Shown in pieces: positions 48,904-59,110 of a stretch of 64,000 bases of DNA. The stretch lies in assembly GCA_963719225.1 (NCBI GenBank), contig CAVRAY010000001.1, positions 3,040,001-3,104,000 of the forward strand. The letters are read 5' to 3'. The notes beneath the pieces were generated by a model that ran no database searches, had not been told where the DNA came from, and saw nothing but the letters and a program-made list of their open reading frames with translations. Source of the stretch: Thermoanaerobaculia bacterium. Its GTDB lineage: Bacteria > Acidobacteriota > Thermoanaerobaculia > UBA5066. The first letter of the stretch is position 1, and each line of letters opens with the position of its first letter. The position numbers and the translations under genes are program-made.

Positions 48904-50046
48904 CTATGCCCGCAGGACCTCTCGCGCGATTACCATTCGCTGGATCTCGGACGTGCCTTCGCCGATCGTGCAGAGCTTCACGTCCCGGTAGAACTTCTCG
49001 GCCGGGAAGTCCTTCGTGAAGCCGTATCCCCCGTGGATCTGCACGGCGAGGTTCGCGACGCGCACCGAGACCTCGGAGGCGTAGAGCTTCGCCATCGCGG
49101 ACTCCTTCGTCGTGACGTGGCCCTGGTCCTTCGCCCATCCGGCGCGGTACGTCAGGAGGCGCGCCGCATCGATCTCCGTCGCCATGTCGGCGAGGTAATT
49201 CTGGATGGACTGGAACTCCGAGATCGCCTTTCCGAACTGCTTGCGCTGCTGCGCGTATTTCAACGCACCGTCGAGGGCGCCCTGCGCCATGCCGAGCGCC
49301 AGGGCGGCGATCGAGATGCGGCCGCCGTCGAGCACCTTCATCGCCTGGATGAACCCCTCTCCCGCGGCGCCGAGGAGGTTGCCCTTCGGGATCCGGCATT
49401 CCTCCAGGACGATCGTCGCGGTGTCGGACGCCCTCATGCCGAGCTTGTTCTCCTTCTTGCCCGAGTGGACGCCTTTTTGGTGAAGGTCCACGACGAACGC
49501 CGAGATGCCGCGCTTCCCGGCGGCCTTGTCCGTGACCGCCATGAGGACCGCGACGTCGCCGACGGAGCCGTGCGTGATGAACGTCTTGGCGCCGTTCAGC
49601 ACCCACGCGTCGCCGTCGAGAACGGCCGTCGTGCGCGTCCCGCCGCTGTCGCTGCCCGCCTCGGCTTCCGTGAGACCCCAGGCGCCGAGGAGCTTCCCCT
49701 GCGCCAGCGGCGTGACCCAAGCGCGGCGCTGCTCCTCGTTTCCGAAAAGCCACAGGTGATTCGTGCAGAGGCTGTTGTGTGCGGCGACCGAGAGTCCGAC
49801 CGAGCCGTCCACGCGGGACAGCTCCTCGATGACGTGGATGTAATCGATGTACGTCAGGCCCGTGCCGCCGTACTCCTCCGGTACGAGCACGCCCAGCATC
49901 CCGAGGTCGCCCAGCTTTCGAAGCGTCTCGCGCGGAAACGTCTGGGCTTCGTCCCACTCCTTGACGTGAGGGGCGATCTCGCTCTCGGCGAAGTCGCGCA
50001 CCATCCGCCGAATCGCTTCCTGCTCTTCGGACAGCGCGAAACTCAT
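48904..50046 (-). CDS. Acyl-CoA dehydrogenase
   Basis: [46 protein letters not shown]. Confidence 0.93.
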   Translation of the reverse strand: MSFALSEEQEAIRRMVRDFAESEIAPHVKEWDEAQTFPRETLRKLGDLGMLGVLVPEEYGGTGLTYIDYIHVIEELSRVDGSVGLSVAAHNSLCTNHLWLFGNEEQRRAWVTPLAQGKLLGAWGLTEAEAGSDSGGTRTTAVLDGDAWVLNGAKTFITHGSVGDVAVLMAVTDKAAGKRGISAFVVDLHQKGVHSGKKENKLGMRASDTATIVLEECRIPKGNLLGAAGEGFIQAMKVLDGGRISIAALALGMAQGALDGALKYAQQRKQFGKAISEFQSIQNYLADMATEIDAARLLTYRAGWAKDQGHVTTKESAMAKLYASEVSVRVANLAVQIHGGYGFTKDFPAEKFYRDVKLCTIGEGTSEIQRMVIAREVLRA

Positions 50047-50153
50047 GCCGGGAAGCGCTCGAGCCGAGGTCGAAGGGAGGTCGAGAACGGGAGTAACCAT
50101 GTGAGGCTCCTGAGTGCGAGGAATTTGACGAGGGTGTCAAATTTCTGGCGATC

Positions 50154-51173
50154 TTACACGAGAACGGGAGGAGCGTCGCCCTCCGGCGCCACCACGACGG
50201 GCGAAGCGCCTTCTCCGCTCGTGACCGGCCAGAGCGAGACGAACGCGCCGGTCACGACGAGATCGTAGGCGACGCTCACGAGCATCTGGGCCATGACGAC
50301 GAGAACCGTTCCCGCGACGAACAGGGCGAGGGAACGCCCCGCGAAGAAAGAGACGGCGAAGCGCGGGACGACGAAGGCGAATCCCGTCACGAAACCGGCC
50401 GCGAGGGTCAACAGGTAGAGCAGCACGACGCGCGACAGCGACGCGCGCATGAGAGACACCGCGCGCGCCACGGCCTCCAGCGCGTCGACGTCGTCGGTCG
50501 CGGCGAGCCGGCACGAGACGAGATAGAGGACGCGCAAGGCGGCGGCCCCGCCGATGAAGAGAGGCAGGAAGAGAAGGAAGATCACGAGGGCCGTCGCCAC
50601 GACGCCGCCCCGCTCGCGTATCGCGCCGACGACGACGAGACCGAACGGCAGGAGAATCAAGAGCACGAGGAACGAGATCGCGAGCGCGTAGAGGTTCACG
50701 AGCGCGAAGACGCGGCCGAAGAGCCGGCGCGCCGACTCGCGAAAGACGGCCCAGACGCCTGGACGCCGGAACGCGGCCAGAAGGGCGTCCTCCGTCGCGT
50801 GCGCGTCGATCGAGACGAGGGAACCCACGATGCCGGCCCTCAGATAGGCCGCGAGGACCGTGAGGAGGAAGAGGAGGACGAGCAGCGCGAGGAGGCCGCC
50901 GATGAGGACGAACGGCGCGGCCAGGAGACCTTCGAAGAAACGTTCGAGGCGCGGCAGGAGCGACCCGGCGTCGCGCGCGAAGTCCGCCACCCGCGGGAAC
51001 CCGCGATGAGCTCCGGCGAAGCCCACGAGCAGGATGAAGACCGGGACCGCGACCGCGCCGACCGTCAAGGCGATGAACGCGAGCGGGGCGAGGATCAGGC
51101 CCGGATTCGCCACGACCGCCGAAAGCCCGCGCCGGAAGGCCTCCGGTGCCGAGCGCGGCGGCGCGGTCATCAC
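50154..51173 (-). CDS. Integral membrane hypothetical protein
   Basis: About six hydrophobic helices; co-oriented with the upstream operon. Confidence 0.7.
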   Translation of the reverse strand: MMTAPPRSAPEAFRRGLSAVVANPGLILAPLAFIALTVGAVAVPVFILLVGFAGAHRGFPRVADFARDAGSLLPRLERFFEGLLAAPFVLIGGLLALLVLLFLLTVLAAYLRAGIVGSLVSIDAHATEDALLAAFRRPGVWAVFRESARRLFGRVFALVNLYALAISFLVLLILLPFGLVVVGAIRERGGVVATALVIFLLFLPLFIGGAAALRVLYLVSCRLAATDDVDALEAVARAVSLMRASLSRVVLLYLLTLAAGFVTGFAFVVPRFAVSFFAGRSLALFVAGTVLVVMAQMLVSVAYDLVVTGAFVSLWPVTSGEGASPVVVAPEGDAPPVLV

Positions 51174-51174
51174 G

Positions 51175-51900
51175 TCAGACCTTGACGGCGCGCCACGCCC
51201 GGTAGTCGAGTCCGTCGAGCACGACGAGGTCGCACATTTCGTGGAGGCGGCTGCGCACCATCGCGCCGATCCGCATCTCCAGCGTCTCTTCGCCGGTGCG
51301 TGCGGGCGTGTCGGAATAGTTGGAGGTGACGATCGTCAGGCGCTGGCGGTTGTAGCGGGTGTTGATGAGCCCGTAGAGAACGTCCCGGACCCAGTCGGTG
51401 GGCCGGCGCGCCCCGAGCTCGTCGAGCACGAGCAGGTCGGCGTCGCGATAAGGGGCGAGGACGTCGTCGGCGTTGTCGGGATTCGTTCGCGAGAAGGTCG
51501 CCTGGATTCTCTCCAGGAGGTCGGAAAAGTCGCAGAAGAGACCCCGGACGCCCCAATCCTCGATCAACGTCTTGAGGATCGCCACGGAGAGATGCGTTTT
51601 CCCGACGCCGACGGGCCCTATGAAGAGGAGGCCGCGATCCCGCGTTTTCCATTCCTCGATGAACTTGCGTGCCACGAGGCTTGCGCGAATGTGGCTCTGC
51701 GAAGCTCCGGGACGCTTCAGGTCGTAGTTCTCGACCTTGCAGTTCAGATAGCGCTGGGGAATCTCCGCGGCTTTCAGGCGGGCTTCCGCGAGGCCGGCCG
51801 CCCGGCACCGGCAGGCGACGACACGGCCCTCGGGTGTCTCGAGGACGCCAAAGCCCTTGCACGCGGGACAGACTTCACCTTCGGGAGCGTTTGCGGCCAC
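51175..51900 (-). CDS. DnaC/IstB-like AAA+ ATPase (helicase-loader family)
   Basis: N-terminal CPACKG...CRC, GPVGVGKTHL, LLVLDELG, TIVTSN, SRLHEMC. Confidence 0.8.
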   Translation of the reverse strand: MAANAPEGEVCPACKGFGVLETPEGRVVACRCRAAGLAEARLKAAEIPQRYLNCKVENYDLKRPGASQSHIRASLVARKFIEEWKTRDRGLLFIGPVGVGKTHLSVAILKTLIEDWGVRGLFCDFSDLLERIQATFSRTNPDNADDVLAPYRDADLLVLDELGARRPTDWVRDVLYGLINTRYNRQRLTIVTSNYSDTPARTGEETLEMRIGAMVRSRLHEMCDLVVLDGLDYRAWRAVKV

Positions 51901-51916
51901 GGCGTGATTCTAGGAC

Positions 51917-52804
51917 TTAATTGAGGAATGCTTTCAAGGCGCGGCTCTTCATCGTGCGCTTGATGCGCGCGATGGCCTGCGCCTCGATCTGGCGCACGCG
52001 CTCCCGCGAGAGGCGCAGCTCCTCGCCGATCTCCTGCAGCGTCATCGGCTCGCGCTCGCCGTCCGAGCCGTCTTCGGGGATTCCGAACCGCCGGCAGAGG
52101 ATCGCGCGCTCCTTCTTCGGGAGGGACTCGAGGAGGTTTCGCGTCTGCTCCACGGACGAACGCTGGAGGAGCTGGTCGTCGGCGGCCGCGACGGTCGTCT
52201 GCTCGAGCGTGTCCCCGAGCGTGCGGTCCTCCTCGGCGCCGAAGAGCTCGGAGAGGGACTCGGAGCTGCGCGACATGGCCATGAGGTTCTCGGCCTCGTC
52301 CGGGCGGAGCCCGGCTTCCGTCGCGATCTCCTCCATCGTGGCTTCCCGTCCGAGCGACCTCGACAGCGCTTCCTTCACGCGTCCCAGGCGGGAATGGAGC
52401 GTGGCCTGCTTGTGCGGGAGCCGGATCGCCCCCCATTGCTCCGAGAGCGCGTTCGAGATCGCCTGGCGTACCCACCACACGGCGTACGTGATGAACTTGA
52501 CTCCGCGATCGGCGTCGAAGCGCCGGGCGGCCTGGATGAGCCCGATGTTGCCTTCGTTGATGAGGTCGAGGAACGAGATGCCCGGGGAATGGAACCGCTT
52601 CGCGTACGAGACGACGAACCTGAGGTTCCCGCGGACGAGCTCGTCGATCGCCTCGCGCCGGTCGTCCTCGGTGGTCTGGGCGCACTGGATGATCCGCCCG
52701 AGCTCCCGCTCACGTTCGGGCGTGAGGATCGCGTACCGCGCGATGTCGTCGAGATACTTTCTCAGGACCTTGGAGTCGTCTTCGGGACGCAGGCGCTGGC
52801 TCAC
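51917..52804 (-). CDS. Sigma-70 family (RpoD/RpoS-like, lacking region 1.1) sigma factor
   Basis: NLRFVVSYAK, DLINEGNIGL, KFITYAVWWVRQAI, TLQEIG...SRERVRQIE. Confidence 0.92.
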   Translation of the reverse strand: MSQRLRPEDDSKVLRKYLDDIARYAILTPERERELGRIIQCAQTTEDDRREAIDELVRGNLRFVVSYAKRFHSPGISFLDLINEGNIGLIQAARRFDADRGVKFITYAVWWVRQAISNALSEQWGAIRLPHKQATLHSRLGRVKEALSRSLGREATMEEIATEAGLRPDEAENLMAMSRSSESLSELFGAEEDRTLGDTLEQTTVAAADDQLLQRSSVEQTRNLLESLPKKERAILCRRFGIPEDGSDGEREPMTLQEIGEELRLSRERVRQIEAQAIARIKRTMKSRALKAFLN

Positions 52805-52846
52805 CGAAAGCGATTATGCCCTTCGCCGGCCGCTCGGGCGACTTCG

Positions 52847-53281
52847 TCAGCGGGTGTGGAGAACGATGGGACCGCGCGGGCGGACCGCGAGCGCCCGCGA
52901 CGCTTCCCCGCTCCGGGACGCGTGTTCCGCCGCGACCGCGCGGATCGAGTCCATCAGGCGGCCGACCTCGCCTTCCATGCGCTTCAGCCGCGACTTCAGC
53001 TCCAGGATCACCTCGACTCCCGCGAGGTTCACGCCCAGCTCGCGCGTGAGCGTGAGGATGATCTCGAGGCGCTCGACCGTCTCGAGATCGTAGAGGCGGG
53101 TGTTGCCGGAGGAGCGGGCGGGCCGGATGAGGCCCTCACGCTCATAGAGGCGCAACGTCTGCGGATGGACTCCGAACCGCCTCGCGACGGCTCCGATGAA
53201 GACGTAGGTCTCCCGCGGTCCCGGGGCCGGGTCGGGGGCCTCGGCGTCCGGCCGGGCCCCCTTGCCACGAGAAACCATCAC
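52847..53281 (-). CDS. hspR: HspR-like MerR-family heat-shock repressor
   Basis: VHPQTLRLYEREGLIRPARSSGNTRLY...GVNLAGV; directly downstream of dnaK. Confidence 0.85.
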   Translation of the reverse strand: MMVSRGKGARPDAEAPDPAPGPRETYVFIGAVARRFGVHPQTLRLYEREGLIRPARSSGNTRLYDLETVERLEIILTLTRELGVNLAGVEVILELKSRLKRMEGEVGRLMDSIRAVAAEHASRSGEASRALAVRPRGPIVLHTR

Positions 53282-53287
53282 GCGACC

Positions 53288-55217
53288 TTATTTCTTCTGC
53301 TCCACGACCTCGGCGTCGATGACGTCGTCGGCCGGCTTTGAGGAAGGCGAGCCGCCGGGCTCCCCGCCCCCTTCCCCGCCCCCTTCGCCCGGACCGCCGC
53401 CCGCCGGGGCCGACTTGTAGAGCGCCTCGGCGATCTTGTAGCTGGCCTTCTGCAGATCCTGGGCGGCCTTCTTCAGGGCCTCGCCATCGCCCGCGCTCGA
53501 CTCGAGCACCTTCTTCGCGTCGGCGACCGCCGCCCGGACGGACTCCTTCTCCGCCTCCGGCACCTTGTCGCCGCTCTCGTCCACGAGCTTCTCCGTCGAA
53601 TAGATGAGGGCGTCGAGCGCGTTCTTGGCCTCGATCGCCTCGCGCCGCTTCTTGTCTTCCGAGCTGTGCGCCTCGGCGTCCTTGACGAACTTCTCGACTT
53701 CCTTCTTGTCGAGGCCCGACGACGACGTGATGCGTGATCTTCTGCTCCTTGCCCGTGCCCTGTCCTTTGCCGACACGTTCAGGATGCCGTTCGCGTCGAT
53801 GTCGAAGGTCACCTCGATCTGCGGCATGCCGCGTGGCGCCGGCGGGATCCCCACGAGGGGAAGACGCCGAGGAGCTTGTTGTCGCCGGCCATCTCGCGCT
53901 CGCCCTGCAGCACCTTGATCTCGACGGACGTCTGTCCGTCGGCAGCCGTGGAGAACGTCTCGGCCTTCTTCGTCGGGAATCGTCGTGTTGCGCTCGATGA
54001 GCTTCGTCATGACGCCGCCGAGCGTCTCGATGCCCAGGGAAAGCGGCGTCACGTCGAGGAGAAGCACGTCCTTCACGTCGCCCGCGAGGACGCCGCCCTG
54101 GATCGCCGCGCCGATCGCGACGACCTCGTCCGGGTTGACGCACTTGTGCGGCTCCTTGCCGAAGAAGTCCTTCACGAGCTGCTGCACCTCGGCATGCGCG
54201 TCTGGCCGCCGACGAGAACGACTTCGTCGATCTTCGAGGCATCGAGCCCGGCGTCCTCGAGCGCCTGCCGGCAGGGGCCGACCGTGCGCTGGAGGAGGTC
54301 GTCGACGAGCTGATTCGAGCTTCGCGCGCGTGAGCTTGACGTTGAGGTGCTTCGGCCCGGAGGCGTCGGCCGTGATGAACGGCAGGTTCACGTCGGTCTC
54401 GACGGTCGTCGAGAGCTCGATCTTCGCCTTCTCGGCTGCCTCCTTGAGCCGCTGCAGCGCCATCGGGTCCTTCGAAAGATCGATGCCCCTGATCCTTCTT
54501 GAACTCGTCTCGAGCCACTCGATGACGCGCTGGTCGAAGTCGTCGCCGCCGAGGTGCGTGTCGCCGTTGGTCGACTTGACCTCGAAGACGCCCTCGCCCA
54601 CCTCGAGGATCGAGATGTCGAACGTGCCGCCGCCGAAGTCGTAGACGGCGATCGTCTCGTTCTTCTTCTTGTCCAGGCCGTACGCGAGCGCGGCCGCCGT
54701 CGGCTCGTTGATGATGCGCTCGACCTTGAGGCCCGCGATCTGTCCCGCGTCCTTCGTGGCCTGGCGCTGCGCATCGTTGAAGTAGGCCGGCACGGTGATG
54801 ACCGCCTCGGTCACCTTCTCGCCCGAGGTACGTCCTCCGCGGCTCTCCTTGAGCTTCTGAGGATCATCGCGGAGATTTCCGGCGGGGATGTATTCCTTGC
54901 CGCCCACCTGGACGCGACGCGTCGCCGTTCGCGGAACGCACGACCTTGTAGGGCACCATCTTCATCTCGTCGCTCACCTCTTCGAATGCGGCGGCCCATG
55001 AACCGCTTGATCGAGTAGACGGTGTTCTCGGGTTCGTGACCGCCTGGCGCTTGGCGACCTGCCCGACGAGGCGTTCGCCGGCCTTGGTGATACGCGACGA
55101 CGGAAGGAGTCGTGCGTCCGCCTTCTGAATTCGCGATGACCTCGACCGGCTCCCGCCCTCGAGGACGGCGACGCACGAGTTCGTGGTGCCGAGGTCGATA
55201 CCGATGATCTTGCTCAT
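53288..55217 (-). pseudogene. dnaK: dnaK (Hsp70) interrupted by many frameshifts; probably sequencing error
   Basis: [57 protein letters not shown]; motifs distributed across all three frames. Confidence 0.9.
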
Positions 55218-55261
55218 TGCAGGTGTCCTCCGGACCCTGCCGTCGAAGCAGGTCCGGGCTA

Positions 55262-55291
55262 AATCTAGAATCTTAGCGTTCCATTGTCAAG
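55262..55291 (-). promoter_or_regulatory. dnaK promoter (TTGACA-N17-TAGATT) overlapped by an imperfect HAIR-like inverted repeat
   Basis: -35 at 55285-55290, -10 at 55262-55267; CTTAGC-N8-GTCAAG at 55272-55291. Confidence 0.65.
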
Positions 55292-55335
55292 TTCTATCTT
55301 ACAGACACCTACAGCGTCGCAGAAGATTCTATAAG

Positions 55336-56643
55336 TCATTCCACAATAACAATTTCCTTTGTCGATGGGTGCTGGATGTCGTCTCGCCGGGTGTCCCGAA
55401 GGACGACCGTCCGCGAGAAAAGGAGGTCCGGATCGGTTCGGCCGAGGGGATCGAAACCGACCAGATAGAACTTCTCGTCCCGTACGATGTAGCGGTAAGC
55501 GGCTCCCCAGGGATCACGGAGATCGGCCGGCGCCAGGATGTGCGAATCGACGAGCGCCTCGACCGTCTCCGGGAGGCGCCCGGAAAGAAGCGTGTAGGAG
55601 TCGACGCCCTCGGCAACCCTCCGGAGCTTGAGAAGCGACAGCGATTTCTTGAACCCATCGACGATCGGAACCCGGCGCGGAGGGAGCGTGAGCAGGTTGA
55701 AGGGATTTCGCGACTGGAACTTGAAGGCGAGGAGCGCGACCACCGCGAGAGCGAGCCCCGCCAGGAGGGCGAGGTCGAGGGGCCTGCGCACCGGCCGCGC
55801 GTGCGCGGGTGCGTCCGCGATGAGCGCTTCCTTGGGGAGCTCCTCGGGGCGCGGCGTCGACTCTTCGATGAGGCCGCGGCTCACGAGGTCGAAGCACGCC
55901 TTGCACCCGTCGAACTCCGAAAGGAAAGCCAGCTCGTTGATCTCGGCGACGGTCAAAACGCCGTCCACGAGCTCGTAGACGGACCATTCGGCGCGCGAGA
56001 CCCGGATCGGATCGAGTCTCTTCTCGCGGGCCCGCCGCGCGAGCGTGGAGTCCTCGACGTCTTCGACGGCGTCCTCGTCCTCCGCGGGGATGACCGGCTG
56101 CGCGACGGGAACCCTCTGGTACACGATGTCCAACGACCAGACGACCTTCTCGACGATCGGCCACTCGTCGATCATCCGGGCGCCTTCCATCAGGAGGCGC
56201 TCGACGGCGATGGGCGTCGTCGACTCGGCGTCGTAGTCGACCTGCTCGGTCTGCTCGAACACGTAGTCTCCGTCGGTCCACCGGAAGAGGCCGTAGGCGA
56301 TCCTCTTGATCTGGATGTCCAGCCCGTCGCGCAGGTCCTGCGCGGAGCAGAACCCGTTCTTCAGCAGAATGAAACCGAGCCGCTGCAACGTCTGGGCCTG
56401 TGTCTCGAGGGCTCGCGCGAGGGCTTCCGCCGTCAGCCGCCTCGTCTTGACGAGGACGGTTCCGAGGCGCGTGTCGAGCCGTTGCGCCGAGGACTCGGCC
56501 GTGACGAGCATCCCGTCGAGGAACCCGAGCGTGACGGTGTCCGCGGGTCCGTGCACCGTCAGGAGTCCGGTCTTGTGCTGAAGAGAGATCAGCTGCAGGA
56601 TGTCCGCCAGCGAGAAATCCCGGAGTGTGCCTTCGAGAGCCAT
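55336..56643 (-). CDS. DUF4388 domain membrane protein with a GspG-like C-terminal domain
   Basis: MALEGTLRDFSLADILQL...KTGLL; TM helix; DPWGAAYRY. Confidence 0.8.
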   Translation of the reverse strand: MALEGTLRDFSLADILQLISLQHKTGLLTVHGPADTVTLGFLDGMLVTAESSAQRLDTRLGTVLVKTRRLTAEALARALETQAQTLQRLGFILLKNGFCSAQDLRDGLDIQIKRIAYGLFRWTDGDYVFEQTEQVDYDAESTTPIAVERLLMEGARMIDEWPIVEKVVWSLDIVYQRVPVAQPVIPAEDEDAVEDVEDSTLARRAREKRLDPIRVSRAEWSVYELVDGVLTVAEINELAFLSEFDGCKACFDLVSRGLIEESTPRPEELPKEALIADAPAHARPVRRPLDLALLAGLALAVVALLAFKFQSRNPFNLLTLPPRRVPIVDGFKKSLSLLKLRRVAEGVDSYTLLSGRLPETVEALVDSHILAPADLRDPWGAAYRYIVRDEKFYLVGFDPLGRTDPDLLFSRTVVLRDTRRDDIQHPSTKEIVIVE

Positions 56644-56646
56644 CCG

Positions 56647-58584
56647 TCAGGCCTTGTGCGTCGCGCTGACGAGTCCGATGATCCAGCCGGCGAGAGCGAC
56701 GGAAATCCAGAAGAACACGCCCGGAGTCCCGGCCGTGAGCGTCGGCCGCGGGAGCGTTGCGAGCGCATCACCGAAAAAGATCGCGAGAAGCCCGAACGCG
56801 AAGAGCCCGAAAGCGAGCACTGCGGACGCGAGCCGCGAGTCGAGGAACGCGGTCGAGCCGGGAAGCAGGCTGTTCAGGATCAGCTGGCTCCGCTCCTCGA
56901 ACGAGCGGCGCCGCCTGACGTCGTCGAGCTTCTGGAGCTTCGTCTCGATCGCGACGCCGTCCTTCTTGAGATACACGTGCACGCACTGCGAGCACAGGAG
57001 CGCGCTCTCTCCGGGCGGCTTGCAGAGCCGGCAGAAAGACCGCCCGCACTTCTGACACTCGGACGCGTAGCCGCGCCCCTGCCGGCGCGAGCGATCCAGA
57101 AGCACGGCGGCGACGATCGCGAGGAGAACTGCCCAGACGAGGGGAACGCCGACGTCCACCGAGAACGGCGTTCTCTTGAAGCGTGGAAGGCCGACTCCGT
57201 CCGCGAGCTGATAGCCCCGGTAGTGGCCCAGGAGCCGTCGGGTGCGGCTGTCGCGCTCCATCCGCTCGATCTTCCTCCGCGCCTCGTCCGGCGTGAAACC
57301 GATCGAGACGACTTTCACGAGGGTCGGCGTCTCCTGAAAGCTCTGGACGGTGTGCGCGTCCAGGGCCCGGGCCTCCTGGAGAGTCTCGGCGGCCTCGATC
57401 GTCCGGAAGGTCTCGGCGTAGAGAAGCGCGAGGTTGTACCGCGCCGCGATGCTGCGCCCATCCCGTTTCAGCGCCTCCTGGTAATCCTCCTGCGCGGAGC
57501 CCAGATCGCCGTCCACGAAACGGATGTTGCCGCGGTTCACGAGGCAGCGAATGTCGGCCGGGGCGATTCGAGAGCCTTCGGTGTACTCGGAGATCGCGCG
57601 GTCGTTCTGCCCGAGAGCCTGATAGAGGCGGCCCAGAACGAAACGGATGTCCGCGTCGTCGGGAATGATGGCCTTGGCCGCTTCCAGGTTGTCGAGGACC
57701 CGCTGATCGTATCGGGACTCGTGGAGCGCCTCGGCGGCGCGCAGGATCGGTGACGAGGTCATGCTCAGGTCGTACGCGACCCGGTCCAGCACGGGCAGGA
57801 GCAGCATCGAGAGTACGAGCGCGACGGATGTCGCGATTTTCTGCTCGAGGCTCGCGTAGCCGAAGAGAAGGACGAAGAGAAACAGGGCGAGCCACAGGAC
57901 GTCGAGCGAGAGGAGAAGAGGGGCCGCGAGAAAGGCGGCGACGGCGACGCCGGTCGCACGGCCGTGGAGGATTCCATCCGCCGACTCCCTCAGGTCGTGG
58001 ACGAGGCGGGGCCCGTGACGGACGAGGAGCACGAAGATGGCGGCGAGCGCGGCCGCGCAGGCGGTGAGCAGCAGGAGCAGGAAGAAACGGACGAGCACGA
58101 CGCGCCGCGACTCGCTGTCCGCGAAGGTCGCACGAAGCGCGCCGAGAAAGTCCGGGACGAGATCGCCCCAGGCACGCGACGACGCCGCGAGCGAGAGGCG
58201 CGCCCAACGCGGCTCGGGGAGGTCCGGATCGAGGCGTATGGCGGCCGTGAACGCCTCCCGCGCGATGCCCTTCTTGCCCGCCGCGAGCTCGCGGCGCCCG
58301 AGGAGAGTGGCGGACAGGGCAAGGTCGGTCATGCGCCGGATCTCGATCTTCTGGGCGTACTTGAGGATCTCCTCCACCTTCGCGCGCGCCAGCGGAGTGT
58401 CCCCTTCCTCCTGTGCGGCGAGCCAGCCGAACCACTGTCCTCGCACCAGCTTTCGGAACGCGGTCTGGTTCGATTCGCCGGGAGCGACGAGAACCTGGGA
58501 ACGGGCCGCGGTCGGGGGCAGGAGCGCGAGCAGGACGAGAAGGGACGCGGCGGCGCGCCCATGTCGGGTCATGCGGCGCTCCAC
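56647..58584 (-). CDS. Membrane protein with TPR domains and a Cys-rich zinc-finger-like segment
   Basis: TPRs (LGRLYQALGQ, NRGNIRF), CQKCG..CRLC...CSQC; start may be ATG 58572. Confidence 0.7.
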   Translation of the reverse strand: MERRMTRHGRAAASLLVLLALLPPTAARSQVLVAPGESNQTAFRKLVRGQWFGWLAAQEEGDTPLARAKVEEILKYAQKIEIRRMTDLALSATLLGRRELAAGKKGIAREAFTAAIRLDPDLPEPRWARLSLAASSRAWGDLVPDFLGALRATFADSESRRVVLVRFFLLLLLTACAAALAAIFVLLVRHGPRLVHDLRESADGILHGRATGVAVAAFLAAPLLLSLDVLWLALFLFVLLFGYASLEQKIATSVALVLSMLLLPVLDRVAYDLSMTSSPILRAAEALHESRYDQRVLDNLEAAKAIIPDDADIRFVLGRLYQALGQNDRAISEYTEGSRIAPADIRCLVNRGNIRFVDGDLGSAQEDYQEALKRDGRSIAARYNLALLYAETFRTIEAAETLQEARALDAHTVQSFQETPTLVKVVSIGFTPDEARRKIERMERDSRTRRLLGHYRGYQLADGVGLPRFKRTPFSVDVGVPLVWAVLLAIVAAVLLDRSRRQGRGYASECQKCGRSFCRLCKPPGESALLCSQCVHVYLKKDGVAIETKLQKLDDVRRRRSFEERSQLILNSLLPGSTAFLDSRLASAVLAFGLFAFGLLAIFFGDALATLPRPTLTAGTPGVFFWISVALAGWIIGLVSATHKA

Positions 58585-58607
58585 CGACGCAGAGGTCCCG
58601 GAGGACC

Positions 58608-59060
58608 TCAGCCGCGCCTCGCCGGGGGAGGCGGAACGGGGGACTTGGGCTTCGAAGCGCCGGCGAGCCGCGTGAAGGCGAGCTGAAGCTCGCCGAGCAG
58701 CCCGTCGAGCGCATCGGACTCCTCGAAAGAAAGCCGCGCGCGCGTCTTCTCGCGAAGCGCGAGGAGCGAATCGACGATCTGCCTCGCCCCCGCGAGATCC
58801 GGCTGCCGTCGTCCCGTCGCGGGGTCGGGAAAACCTTCCATGTAGAGGGCCGCCGTCTGCGCCAGCATGTCGAGCAGGCGAAGGAACGCCGGGCTCGTCA
58901 CCGGAGCCGCCTCGGCGGGCGATGGTGTCGGCGGGGCGGGCGCCGGCTCGGGGACCGGGTCGGGCGCCGCGAGCTCCGCTTGCGCTTCCGCGCGCACTTC
59001 ACCGTCGGCCGTGAAAAGGCGGCGATCCACGACCTTGATCGGTTTCTCGGATTCGGACAT
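58608..59060 (-). CDS. DUF1844 domain protein
   Basis: KVVDRRLF, ARQIVDSLLALREKT, ELQLAF. Confidence 0.8.
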   Translation of the reverse strand: MSESEKPIKVVDRRLFTADGEVRAEAQAELAAPDPVPEPAPAPPTPSPAEAAPVTSPAFLRLLDMLAQTAALYMEGFPDPATGRRQPDLAGARQIVDSLLALREKTRARLSFEESDALDGLLGELQLAFTRLAGASKPKSPVPPPPARRG

Positions 59061-59110
59061 AAATCCCCTCGGGTCAGCGTATTTTACGTAAACGCCGGGA
59101 GGTTGCGCGC

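Noticed and set aside
51175-51900. IS21 element (IstB)
   Set aside because: No IstA transposase or terminal repeats; N-terminal Zn-finger and chromosomal context fit a DnaC-like loader.
53288-55217. Programmed frameshifting in dnaK
   Set aside because: Too many shifts at non-slippery sites; sequencing error or decay is far more parsimonious.
55262-55300. CIRCE element upstream of dnaK
   Set aside because: Only TTAGC matches; the TTAGCACTC-N9-GAGTGCTAA repeat is absent.
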